A DNA stretch of 64,000 bases from Octopus bimaculoides (GCF_001194135.2 NC_068996.1:9808483-9872482); one strand, 5' to 3'. Shown: positions 1 through 62,114, numbered from the stretch's first letter. Notes: generated by a model not told the origin, from the letters alone. Numbers and translations are program-made.

Positions 1-277
1 CTTTGACCATTGTCCTTCTACTGTCATCGGTTTCCTGTTGCTACTCCCTCACTACTATTATTTTACTCCCTCTCACTACTTATTTCTTTATTGCCCAGTT
101 GAATGGGCTTGAGCAACATGAAATGAAGTGTTTTGCTCAAGAACACAACAACAAGTTGCTTGGTCCAGGAATTGAAACCACAATCTTACAATCATGAGTC
201 CAACACTGTAACCACTAAGCTGTGTGCCTCCCACAATGAGAAATAACTTTACATTAATTACTTTAAACCATCATTAC

Positions 278-49933
<49,656 letters not shown>

Positions 49934-51150
49934 CTTGATAGCAACATAGAAATACTCGGCAGTGAATATTTCTAAAAAAAAAAAAAAATTTTTTTCATAA
50001 TTGAAAAATGTATTGTTTAAATCAGTTTTTCGATTTAGTATAATTTTATTTCATTTTTTTTAAATTTTCAAATCTGAAAAATGATATTTTTAATAACAAG
50101 CCGTCAAACAATTTATTTTAATACTTTTGTGATTTTATTTTTCTGATATTACTGTTTACACTGTTGATCATTTATAATAATAAAAAATGAAAAAAAAGAC
50201 GCATACAATTAACATCAAATTTCATAAAATTAAATTTCCTAAATAAAAATTGATTGTAATTTTTGCAGATTAAACATTTGCTTCTTGCATTATTACCGGC
50301 ATCATACTAATAACAGTAAATATTTACTGCATTGAATGTAAGGAGAAGCAGGTCTTGCTTCAGTGAAGTTACACTAGAATAACAATCATCATCATCATCA
50401 TCATCATCGTTGTCATAAGCAAAAGAAGAGAACTAAGAGGAAAGTTATTTATTAATTATTTTTTTTTACAGAAGCTTAATTGTTCTCCAATTTCTAAATC
50501 ATATTTTTAGACAATGTAAACGTAATAATAAGATAAATATTAGTATTTTAAATTAAAAACTATCTAAATGCTAATACAGTTGTAAACTAAGATAGCGATC
50601 TTACTGGTTAGAGAGTAGTAATTTGCGGAAGTAATAAATAAATAAATAAATAAATAAATAAAATGATCATTAGGATCATAAATTAGGGTATATTTTTGTG
50701 ATGTATCATAAAAGATTTTAAAGTATATTTTAGGGATCTTCATTTAAAAATTAAATTATATTCAAAATCAAAGCAAGACAAACGGTATTATAAATAGCCA
50801 AGTATAACTAATTGCTTCCGTTTATGATTGTGGCGTTCTTAAGTTGTATGTTTCTTTCATTAAAACCAATTGTTTTATAATTAAAATCATAAAAGTTAAA
50901 ATACATCACATATAGTTATAAATTGAGTTTAATATAAATATAAATATATATATATATAAAATAAAAGTTTATTGGAAAATGTTAACACTTGTTTAAGAGT
51001 TCAGAATTGTTTAATTAACATTATAGTTTCGCTTTTAAAGTAAATTACAAATTCATTCTATTCTTATATTCTTGATATTTTTAAAAAGATAAAAAAAAAA
51101 TTCAGTAAGTTACTAAAAAGCTTCTAGGTTCGAGACTATTTTTGTGCAAA
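49934..51150. promoter_or_regulatory. putative bidirectional promoter between the VPS9/VARP-like gene and Bre1
   Basis: about 1.2 kb of very AT-rich, largely transposon-free DNA between divergent 5' ends. Confidence 0.5.
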
Positions 51151-51174
51151 ACATGGCGGTTTATATGCATTGAG
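51125..51174 (+). promoter_or_regulatory. putative Bre1 TSS / non-coding first exon with YY1-type motif
   Basis: AACATGGCGG (51151-51160) is the reverse complement of CCGCCATNTT; followed by possible donor GAG|GTTGGT at 51174/51175; the exon at 56112 needs an upstream partner; start position approximate. Confidence 0.5.
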
Positions 51175-52405
51175 GTTGGTAATATTTATAATGTTTCACA
51201 AACTTGTTTGTATTGATTGTATTTCTCATTTGATTTTCCTTTAAAAGTTCCCTCCCTCCCACTATATGTACATTATTACTCTCTCTCAGTGACAAAACTT
51301 CATTAATGATTGCCATGATAAAATATGATACGTTTGATTCCCATCTATCATCCGATTGCTCCGCGGTCGCAACTGCAACGATTATAGATTGCCATGTGAT
51401 AAATTAACGATGCATGTATGTATATGTTTCTGTGTAGATTTTAATATGCGTATATTTGTGTTTATAATGTTGTACACATATTTACACACACATATATATA
51501 TATATATAGTATTATATACATTGATCTTGTAACTTAGATCGGCCGGTAAACAATGGTATGTGTCAATCTGCAAGTTAGTTTTGCTACAAGATCTATGTAT
51601 GTTGATTATATATATATAATGTGTATTTATATATATGTATATACATAAATAAAACGTAACTACATACATAAATATAAGGTATGTGCGATACGATCGAACA
51701 AATGTTTTTATACCTAACTGCATAATTCGTGATATATATATATGTATGTATGTTTAAACGGTTTTATTTGTCAATTTATCTCTAACCATTTAGAGCTATT
51801 ATAATACAAACTTTCTTTTTTGTCAGTATACAGTTTAAGATCCGATCACGAAAGCAAAGAAGAAGAAAAAGAAACAGCCTACTAGATGTAAAAAAAAATG
51901 TGTAGAGAACGAATATGAAATCAAAATTTTTTTCATGAAAGTAAAAATTAGGATTATTATTTTATTACATAAATATTCCAAGTTGTTTCCTTACTACACA
52001 CACACACAATGTGTTTATGATTATCACAAAGCAAAGCTATCAGATTAATCCCCAGGTCAAGCATGATCGAGTTGACCTGTCTATAGTCAAAAGCGTTCCA
52101 CTTGTGATCGCATCCGTACTTTTGTTTCAAAGCACAGTGTACTCCTTATTGCTTAGCCTCGGATCAGTCTTGCTCGAGTAGATTTATGGTGAAAGACGTT
52201 TCAGACGTGATCATGATCATCCCATTGTTTTTGCATATCTCGGATTATTTTATTCTCTCTACCCTTCGTACCCTCCACCCCGTTCAGCTCATATTATTTT
52301 GAATACAAGCCTTATGATTAAATACAATGGCACAGCACACAATACTATGAATTGCCAATAACAATTTGTGTGTTAGCGTGTGTGTAGACAGATAGATAGA
52401 TAGAT

Positions 52406-52816
52406 AGGTGGCTGTGTGGTTAAAACCTTGCTTCCCAACCACATGATCCCAGGTTCAGTGCTACTGCGTGTCACCTTGGCCAAGTGTCTTTTACTATGGC
52501 CTTTGTAAGTGGATTTGGTAGACGGAAACTGAAAGGAGTCTGTCATATATATATAATATAATTAATATATATATATATACCTGTGTGTGTGTGCGTGCGC
52601 GCGCACGTCTTTTTTTCTGTGTTTGTCCCCCAACACTGCTTGGAAACTGGTGTTGGTGTTTTACGTTCTTGTAACTTAGCTGTTCGGCAAACGGGACGGA
52701 TAGAGAAAGTACTAGGCTTAACGAAAAAATAAGTCTTGTGGTCGATTTGTTCGACTAAAACCCTTCAAGGTGGTCCTTCAGCATGGCCATAGTCAAATGA
52801 TTGAAACAAGTTAAAG
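52406..52816 (+). mobile_element. SINE family A
   Basis: full head-to-tail match ending CAGCATGGCCATAGTCAAATGATTGAAACAAG. Confidence 0.85.
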
Positions 52817-52869
<53 letters not shown>

Positions 52870-54715
52870 GTGTTTATATGTGAAAATAAATAAACTCATA
52901 TGAATGTGTGTGGTTATATATATATGTCTGTGTATGTGAGTGCATAAGCACCATTAACCTGAATTGGAAAATTTAATGATGTCAGTGACATTACGTATGC
53001 GATCAAAGGTAAATAGACCTTTTTAGATTCTGAGATCATGAGTTCATGTTAGGTTATATAACTTTATTGGCATCCTGTATGACAGATTCTGTTATTTTCC
53101 TTTATCTGAATCAACTATTGTTCATTATCTTGATTCACAAATCTGTACTTAGAAAATACCTCTTTGCTTTTCATTCAAAGTATGTAAAAAGTGAACTTAT
53201 CTCCAATAAAAGTGAGCCTCCATTATGTTTTTTTCTTATTTTATTTTTCCAGTGTGCCTCGATCTGCTAGAAACAGTAGCCATTCTGTTTTAACAAAAGA
53301 GGAATACATCATATCTGACATAAAAAGACCAGATGATCACAACTGTTGAATGCCTTTCATCAGAGGTCTGCTTGTTCAAGGTTGACCTGGGATTAAACAC
53401 CAAGAGATCCTCTATAGCAGTCATTGGCAGCTTGCAGCCTACACAACTTTCTGATTGTCCTGCCTAGCTAAAAAATTACCTTGGATTTTTTAGTAGTGCA
53501 GCCCACCTGATGATGAGCTGTGCCCCATGCGGCTCACTTCTCATAATAGGTTGCCTTTACCTGCTCTATGCAGTCACTCAAGTAGAAATAGCAGTCAAAT
53601 CTCTTTGAAATCTCATCATACTGTCTTAAATAAACAAGTATACCTTGTATTCCCTAAAACGACAGGATTCTTATGCTTTCATTATTAATCTGCTTAGTAA
53701 GGACTGACTTTTAAGCAAAGCAAAACTGAAACCAGTGGAAGAGTATCTGTGTATGCCATCACTTGATCTGCTAGAAATAGCAGCCACATGTCTGCACCAT
53801 ATTCTTTTTGGTTGTTTGCTAAGAATTGGAAACATCAGTAGAGCATTGGAGAGAATGCCATGCAGTATTTGTTCCAATACCTTGTGTTGTGAGATCAAAT
53901 CCCATTGAAGTCAACTTTGTCATTGATCTTTTCAAGGTCAATAAAAGAATTCCAATCCAAGGCAGTGGATTAGCAAAACTAATGCAAGGTACACTTGTAT
54001 GCTTCAGTAATTGCTAATCTTAGCAAAAAAAAAAAAAAAAAAAAAAAAAAATCAAGCTGAGGTTTGTGCATATGTGTTGATGCATGGTCAAGTTTAACTC
54101 ACGATAACCTCTATATAGAAAAAGAATACCTTGATCATAGGTCTTCTGGACTAGCACTAATCTGGAGCTAATATTGAATCACTTTTTATCTGTCATTTTA
54201 TTCTGTGGTTAAGCATATTTTATTATTTGTTTGCCTTTTTTTTTTTAATATTGAATTAAGCTACTATCATTATATGGTAAACTTTAACCCTTTAGCATTT
54301 AAACCAGCCATATCTCACTGAATATTCTGCCTGTTTTATGTTCAAACTGACCATATCTGACCTCTCACACCTACCCTACAATGTCATTCTAAAGATAAAC
54401 TATCATGTCATTGAAATCTCCAATCTATAAGATAATGTATGATTAATTCAAAACAATGTGAATAAATAAGGATTAGATTTGACAGAGTAATCTCAATGTT
54501 AAAGAGTTAATCTTGCTCCTAAAGTACATAAAGGTCCTCATTTTAAATTAAACCACATCTCGTAATTTTGTCCCATTCTTTGCTTTCCACCCATCCTTTA
54601 ATTTCTTTCCTGTTGTCTTTTCATAATCATTTCTACAACCTACACAGAGATTTTACTTCCATTAAATTCTCAAGTGACCAGAATAATCAAAGCAGATTTA
54701 TAGGCTTGTTAACTT

Positions 54716-55109
54716 ATGAAGTAGTTGTATGCTGTCAACTTAATGTGACAGTCCCCTGAAGGGAATAATACTGCTGTTGGTTAGACCTAGGAAGCTGCAC
54801 CACTTCCTGTTGGCCTTGACAAATTTCCTGTGTCCTTATGTTTACAAGGGGGAGACAAGCACCTCCATCCAGCCAAACCTGCATCCAGGGACATGTTTCT
54901 GAGACTGATGATGAGCAAAGACTCAGAAACATGTCCCTGGATGCAGGCATGGCTGGGTGGAGGTGCTTGTCTCCCCCTCGTAAACATAAGGAGACAGGAA
55001 ATGTGTCAAGGCCGACAGGAAGCGGTGCAGCTTCCTAGGTCTAACCAACAGCAGTATTATTCCCTTCAGGGGACCGTCACATTAAGTTGACAGCATACAA
55101 CTACTTCAT
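54716..55109. repeat. near-perfect 394-bp palindrome (foldback) with hammerhead-ribozyme core at apex
   Basis: arms ATGAAGTAGTTGTATGCTGTCAAC... and ...GTTGACAGCATACAACTACTTCAT with about 9 mismatched positions; apex CTGATGA-TGAG-caaaga-CTCA-GAAAC-AT-GTC. Confidence 0.85.
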
Positions 55110-56158
55110 CGTATCACTACTGCATAAATCTCTCTGAGAGATTTAGAAATGTATTATTTCTAAAAATGTTAACTTGTCTTAATAAATTGACATATATTGT
55201 CCTGTATGTGTTGTGTCTGCAAAAGTCGATGCTGGAATAACTCCAAACATATGTCTACTTGAGCAGGACTGATCTAGGTTAAATAACAAAAATGGATACA
55301 TTGGATAATGTAGTTCTAGATAGATTGTCTACAATAAGATGTTTGGTCTCAGCTGGAACACCTTTAATTACAAATTTGCTTGATCAAGGCTGACCCAACT
55401 TAAATCACCGTCAAGGATGAACTTGATTCCATTTTGAGTACTAGATGCACTCTGTGTCAGTAATTGACAAGATAAAATAGATAGTGACTGGAGCATTATT
55501 GATAACAGGTCTTCTAGTTCAGCACTGTTGACTTATTACCGAAAGAAACAGTATCACCAAGAAAGATCAGATTGCATAATGTAGTCTTAGATACACTGAA
55601 CAAAATACAGGATGGTCAAGGCTGAGTAGTATTGACTGTAGCCCTTTGGTATCAGAGCTTCCTGAGACTTAACAACATCAAAGAAAGATATGTGACATTA
55701 AGTATTCCTAGATACACTAAATCTAAAATACAGGATGGTCACAGCAGAAACACTTTTGAGCATGGATCTTCTGGAATAAGGCTGATCTTGGGATAAAACA
55801 ACACTGAGAAAAGATACATTAGCTAACCCTAGATAGACCATATTTGAATTAAGACAGAATGGCCACAGGAGAAACACTTTTGCTCACACATCTGGCTCAG
55901 AGCTAAACAACAGCAACTAATATATAAAATTCATAGAAGAAAATATTTTAATCTTGTGTTTTATTTTCTTATTCTTTTGCATTATTGAATCTGTATATAT
56001 AATTGTTTTGTTTTCATTTTGAAATTATTTGAAAGATGCCACATAAGAAAAAACAAAACATGCATTTTCATCATTTTATACATTCCGCTTATCTCCTAAT
56101 TTGTTTTCCAGGGTGTCAATGAAGTTAAGGTGTCTCCAAAACTGACAATCCTAACAGC

Positions 56159-56263
56159 ATGGCAACAAAACGGCCGGCAGTTGATGATCCAGGGGCCGCC
56201 GGCCCGCCAGACAAAAAGCTGACTCGTTTTGACCCTGCCCAACTGGGTAACATATCATCCCTT
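56159..56263 (+). CDS. BRE1: E3 ubiquitin-protein ligase Bre1 (RNF20/RNF40 family), first coding exon MATKRPAVDDPGAAGPPDKKLTRFDPAQLGNISSL
   Basis: GC-rich island in AT-rich surroundings; exon starts at acceptor ttgttttccag|56112; donor CTT|GTGAGT at 56263/56264; joins in phase 0 to 63842; PPxKK...F(D/E)P...G.IS.L matches the Bre1 N-terminus as I recall it. Confidence 0.9.
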
Positions 56264-56613
56264 GTGAGTATGACATTTTTTTTCTACTGTCATCGTATAT
56301 ATGGAGTCTGATCAAAAAGTATTGGGACTGGTGCTATAAAAAGAAAATTTATGACACATATCAATTCAACATTTAATCCCCTTCAAAGTAGTCCACATTC
56401 TGAAGTCACACACTTTATCCAGTGTCATTTCTGTTGATGGAAACATTCATGGAACTCCATTTTTGGCATAGATTTCCTTGGCATCTTAAAATCCTGTTGA
56501 GATCTTCCAATGCAAAGATTGAGCCTTTGTTTTGAGGTCATAACCCTAAACCCATTGTTATGGCTGTTTTGTAAAAGTTTTCGTCTTCCTCAACACAAAG
56601 AGATCCTACCCAC

Positions 56614-56828
56614 GGGCATATGGCGTAGTGGTTAAGAGCAAGGGCTACTAACCCCTAGATTCTGAGTTCGATTCCAAGCAGTGACCTGAATAATAATAAT
56701 AATAGCAACAAAAACTATGTTAGGAATGAGAACCCAGTTTCGAAATTTCCCCATGACACCTGATGAGGACAAATATCCGTCAAATGTAAATAATGTACAT
56801 AATTCCTCATCTCTCAAATATAGAACTG
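56614..56828 (+). mobile_element. tRNA-derived SINE with internally deleted hammerhead-type tail
   Basis: A box TGGCGTAGTGG, B box GAGTTCGATTCC, (TAA)n linker, tail GACACCTGATGA|GGACAAATATCC...AAATATAGAACTG. Confidence 0.75.
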
Positions 56829-57462
56829 GAGCTCTTTGCTGCTTCGTTACCATAGCAAGAGGATCAATACTTTTTTAGCAGAACTCATATGCTTGAGTAG
56901 TGTGTGCTGGAAGTGACATTGTCATCATCATTTTAATGTCCACTTCTCAGTGCTGGTATGGGTTGGACAGAATTTGTTGAAACAGGTGGATTTTCTATGG
57001 CCAGATGCCTTCTCTGTTGACCTTGCATGTTTTTATGGAAGATTGGAAATAAAGGACACTGCTTGCATGATGTTGACACTTGTTTACATCTATCACAAAA
57101 TGTCAAGGCAAGGAGACAGTAATACACACATACATACATTATAGGTCAGGTTCAGTCCCACTGCATGGTACCTTGGGCAAGTGTCTTCTACTATAGCCTC
57201 GGGCCGACCAAAGCCTTGTGAGTAGATTTGATAGATGGAAACTGAAAGAAGCCCATCATATGTTTGTGTGTCTGTGTTTGTCCCCCCCAACATCGCTTGA
57301 CAACCGATGCTGGTGTTTACGTCCCCCGAATAAGTCCTGGGGTTGATTTGCTCANNNNNNNNNNGGGGTTGATTTGCTCAACTAAAGGTGGTGCTCCAGC
57401 ATGGCCACAGTCAAATGACTGAAACGGGTAAAAGAGTATATATATCTATGTGTGTATGTATG

Positions 57463-57495
<33 letters not shown>

Positions 57496-57496
57496 G

Positions 57497-57556
<60 letters not shown>

Positions 57557-58579
57557 TACATGACAAGTTTCTTTCAGTTTCCATCTGTCAGATCCACTCA
57601 CAAGGCTTGGGTCAGTCCAGGGCTAAAGTAGAAGACACCCAAGGTGGACCTGCAGTGAAACGATCTGGAAACATAGGAAGCAAACTCTTACCACACAGCC
57701 ATGCCTGCGCCTATACCATATCAGGGAAAATAAAAGAACTACAGGCTCTGAACTGTAAATGGATCATCAAACTAAATGGGATATGTAGAGAGTAGTTGAC
57801 CAAATATTGGAGACCTACATGTTTCTGACAATATAAACATGTTCAGTGGCATAGTGATGTCAGTTTTCAATCCCAAATCTTCCTTGATCAAGTAGATCTA
57901 TGATCAAAAACCATTCTAGCCATGACCATCTTGTCCCTGTATTTATCTTTTTGTTTCAAGAAGGAAGGGTGTGATTTGAGTGCACATTGGCTTGTATTTC
58001 TAGCAGATCAGGCAACTATGTAGGGACTCCATTACTGGTGTGAGTAGTAGTGTGTGTTAACAAATTAAGAGTAATTGTGTTATGTTTTAGACAAAAATTA
58101 ATTATCTTGATGCTAAGACTACCTCCGGCTCTCTGATAGACTGCCTCTGGTTCTCTTTCTTATTTTCAAAGTTGATCAAAACAAAAGCAGTATTTTTCAA
58201 CAGAAATATTAGAACGAAAAAGATTGGACTGATTATGGTAGTTGTGGATTGTTGTCTTGGTAATGACTATAAACCAAAGGGTACTAACAACGCTTCAGAG
58301 ATTCATATCCTGTCTTCAGTGTTGTGAAATGCCAATATCTAAGTTCACCTTGCAGTTAGCTGTTGTAGCTTAATTTCAAGTCAACCAGTTGGGTTGGTCT
58401 TCTAGATTTGACTGCTATTTCTGACAGATTGGGCAATCATATAAAGGTTCCCTCACTGGTTTGCTTTGTTGTTAGTTTCTGTTGTTATTTAGTTCCAGGT
58501 TAACTCTGATCAAGTAGACATTTGATCAAAGGCATTCCATATTATCTTTTCATTGAGGAATCTAACACTACCTATCATA

Positions 58580-58992
58580 GGCGTAGGAGTGGCTGTGTGG
58601 TAAGTAGCTTGCTTACAAACCACATGGTTCCAGGGTCAGTCCCACTGCGTGGCACCTTGGGCAAGTGTCTTCTACTATAGCCTCAGGCCGACAAAAGTCT
58701 TGTGAGTGGGTTTGGTAGATGGAAACTGAAAGAAGCCCGTCGTATATATATATATATATATATGTACATGAGTGTGTTTGTGTGTCTGTGTTTGTCCCCA
58801 CCCCAACATCGCTTGACAACCGATGCTGGTGTTTACATCCCCGTAACTTAGCAGTTCGGCAAAAGAGACTGATAGAATAAGTACTAGGCTTACAAAGAAT
58901 AAGTCCTGGGGTTGATTTCTTCAGTCCTAACCCTTTAAGGTGGTGCTCCAGCATGGCCCTCAGTCAAATGACTGAAAGAAGTAAAAGAGTAT
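58580..58992 (+). mobile_element. SINE family A, full length
   Basis: GGCGTAGGAGTGGCTGTGTGG...GGTGCTCCAGCATGGCC...GTAAAAGAGTA. Confidence 0.9.
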
Positions 58993-59212
58993 CTAATATT
59001 TTCTTCCTATAGAAACATGGGGCAGTGTGATTTGAGGAAGATTTGATTGCTATTTCTAGTTGCTTGTAGTTACTGTAGGTGGTCTCTTGCACTACTGCAA
59101 GCAATTGTAGCCCTCTGGGTTTTACAGTAACCAAAATAGATCTCTTTCTCCTCTATTTCTTAATTAAGAAACATTAATTCTGTACAATTTTATGTATCTG
59201 AACAAAATTATA

Positions 59213-59274
59213 TACAAAGGTGCGTCAGAAATAAAGCAAATGAAAATTGCATTATTTTCTGATCCACCCTTGTA
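59213..59274. mobile_element. minimal TA-flanked TIR hairpin (Tc1-type MITE remnant)
   Basis: TACAAAGGTGCGTCAGAAAT...ATTTTCTGATCCACCCTTGTA. Confidence 0.5.
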
Positions 59275-60554
59275 TTGTAACTCTGAAAGTGAACAGAGTG
59301 CACTCTATGAAGTGGTTGGTATTTGGAAGGGCATCTAGTTATAGAAACCTATCCCAAAATGGAATGTATGAGATGTGGTCCTTGCCACATATTTAGGTGG
59401 GCAGTAACTCCAAATAAGAACTGACTCAAATTGTGACATCTCCATCATGGAAGCACCAGAAGTGGGCATAGAATGATGATGATAAAAGTTGTATGTAGTT
59501 ATATGTTCATATCTTGTATGCAGATTAAGTATTTGAAAGTTTGGTAAATAGAAAGCATAAATATTCAGTGGGATTGCCACCATAATCATATTAAAAAGAA
59601 AATATAATTGCATAAAGATTATGGACTACATTAACCCTTTAGCATTCAGATTATTTTGCCAAATGTGATTCTTGTTCGTTCACATTGTTTTAAATTTATC
59701 GTTCATTGTTTTGTAGCTTCAAGATTTTGATCATGTGATTGTGTATTTTTAGAATGACATTGTAGGGTAAGGTGTGAGAGACCAGATCTGTCTGGTTTGA
59801 ACATAAAACAGGTACGATATTTTGGGCTGGATCTGGCTAGTTTAAATGCTAAACAGTTAAACCACTCTATTAGATGATAAAGCATGAAATTTTCACTTTT
59901 TGAGTCCTAAGACTTAAATGGCCAATTACCTGGTTTCCACGGCTTATAAGTGATCTGGGATCACATTTCCTCTGAATGAGATACTTATCCATTGCAAGGT
60001 TCAATGACAGTAATATTCAGGGGAGAGGCACAAGTCGATTAAATTGACCCTAGTACTGACTGGCACTATTTTATTGACCTTGAAGGGATGAAAAACAAAG
60101 TTGACCTTGAAGTGGATTTGAACTCACGATATAAAGAGCTGCTACTAAGCATTTTGTTCAATGAACTAATGATTCTGTTAACTTGCTTTATATGATATGA
60201 ATGGATGTTTAAGTAAATAGAGAAAATTTTATTCTTTTTTTTTTTAGTAATTATATCGCTTTATGATGGAAACATTTTGATCATATTAATCACTTGTCAC
60301 CACCTATAATGCTCCTTTAGAGGTGGATAATGTTGTTGTAGTTTAACTCCTGATCAACTCTGAGTGAGTAGATCTATAATCAAAGGTGTTCTGGTTATTA
60401 GCATTCCGTTCTTTATATCAATGATTGCATTGTCTAATGTGTCCCTCCTTTTCTTTAAGACAGTATTTACTTCTGATTCCTCTACTGCTGCTGTTCTTTA
60501 GTGCTTAATATGTTCTCCTCGGTACAACACAACACTGTTGTTATATCATTAAAA

Positions 60555-61165
60555 GGCACAGGAGTGGCTGTGTGGTAAGTAGCTTGCTTACCAACCACAT
60601 GGTTCCAGGTTCAGTCCCACTGCGTGGCACCTTGGGCAAGTGTCTTTTACTGTAGCCTCAGGCCGACCAAAGCCTTGTGAGTGAATTTGGTAGACGGAAA
60701 CTGAAAGAAGCCCGTTGTATATATGTATATATATATGAGTGTGTCTGTGTTTGTCCCCCCCACCATCACTTGACAACTGATGCTGGTGTGTTTACGTCCC
60801 CATAACTTAGCGGTTCAGCAAAAGAGACCGATAGAATAAGTAGTAGGCTTACAAANNNNNNNNNNTTACTGTAGCCTCAGGCCGACCAAAGCCTTGTGAG
60901 TGAATTTGGTAGACGGAAACTGAAAGAAGCCCGTTGTATATATGTATATATATATGAGTGTGTCTGTGTTTGTCCCCCCCACCATCACTTGACAACTGAT
61001 GCTGGTGTGTTTACGTCCCCATAACTTAGCGGTTCAGCAAAAGAGACCGATAGAATAAGTAGTAGGCTTACAAAGAATAAGTCCTGGGGTCGATTTGCTC
61101 GACTAAAGATGGTGCTCCAGCATGGCCGCAGTCAAATGACTGAAACAAGTAAAAGAGTAAAAGAG
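60555..61165 (+). mobile_element. SINE family A (with assembly duplication across a short gap)
   Basis: same consensus; about 60650-60855 is repeated after the Ns. Confidence 0.85.
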
Positions 61166-61683
61166 AGACTAGATAACATTTGACACCATGACCTGTCACT
61201 TAAAGAGTCAACACTATGACTATTTTTTTAAACATTTAACATCATTATCATCGTTGTCATCATCGTTATTATTATCATTGCCATCATCGTCTCTATTTTT
61301 TTATGTAATTATTGCTTGTTTAAATGTATCTCCTCCAGCACAGTATCTCACCACATATTACAGTTCTTTGTTGTCTCCTTCACAACGTTCAACCTCCTGA
61401 GATTTTACCACTTATTACTATATCTTCCTTGTTCCTTCTTTTCTGCAGATCCCTTCCATTTAATTTGCATTTACTTATCCAGCTATCACTCTCATTGTGT
61501 GTTGTTTCTTAAAAGAGGTGTAGTGTATTTTTGTGTATTTATGGTTAGTAAGGAATATAGTCAAAAACATGGAGGTATTAGTGTACACTTAGCTGTTCAA
61601 TACATTAAAGATGGAGATTGATATTGATTGTATGATTGTGGGCAAGGCTAGGATACTTCTTTGAAGAGTTATATCAACATTCT

Positions 61684-61842
61684 GTAGGAGTGGCTGTGTG
61701 GTAAGTAGCTTGCTTACCAACCACATGGTTTTGGGTTCAGTCCCACTCCGTGGCACCTTGGGCAAGTGTCTTCTACTATAGCCTCGGGCTGACCAAAGCC
61801 TTGTGAGTGGATTTGATAGACGGAAACTGAAAGAAGACTGTC

Positions 61843-61924
<82 letters not shown>

Positions 61925-62114
61925 GTGTGTTTGTCCCCCCAACATCGCTTGACAACCAATGCTGGTGTGTTTACATTCCCGTAACTTAGCGGTTCGGCAA
62001 AAGAGACCGATAGAATAAGTACTAGGCTTACAAAAAGTCCTGGGGTCGATTTGCTCGACTAAAGGCGGTGCTCCAGCATGGCCACAGTCAAATGACTGAA
62101 ACAAGTAAAAGAGT
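61684..62114 (+). mobile_element. SINE family A, full length
   Basis: same consensus with long internal (TA)n. Confidence 0.9.

Noticed and set aside
54735-55090. Four mirror-image ORFs in the palindrome
   Set aside because: They are a consequence of the inverted repeat and show no coding signature.
56614-56690. tRNA gene (also the tRNA-like heads at 4418 and 8138)
   Set aside because: A and B boxes are present, but there is no full cloverleaf or oligo-T terminator and each continues into a repeat body; these are SINE heads.
60650-61075. Apparent 200-bp tandem duplication within a SINE (similar case at 57335-57380)
   Set aside because: Exact repeat across a 10-N gap; assembly artefact.
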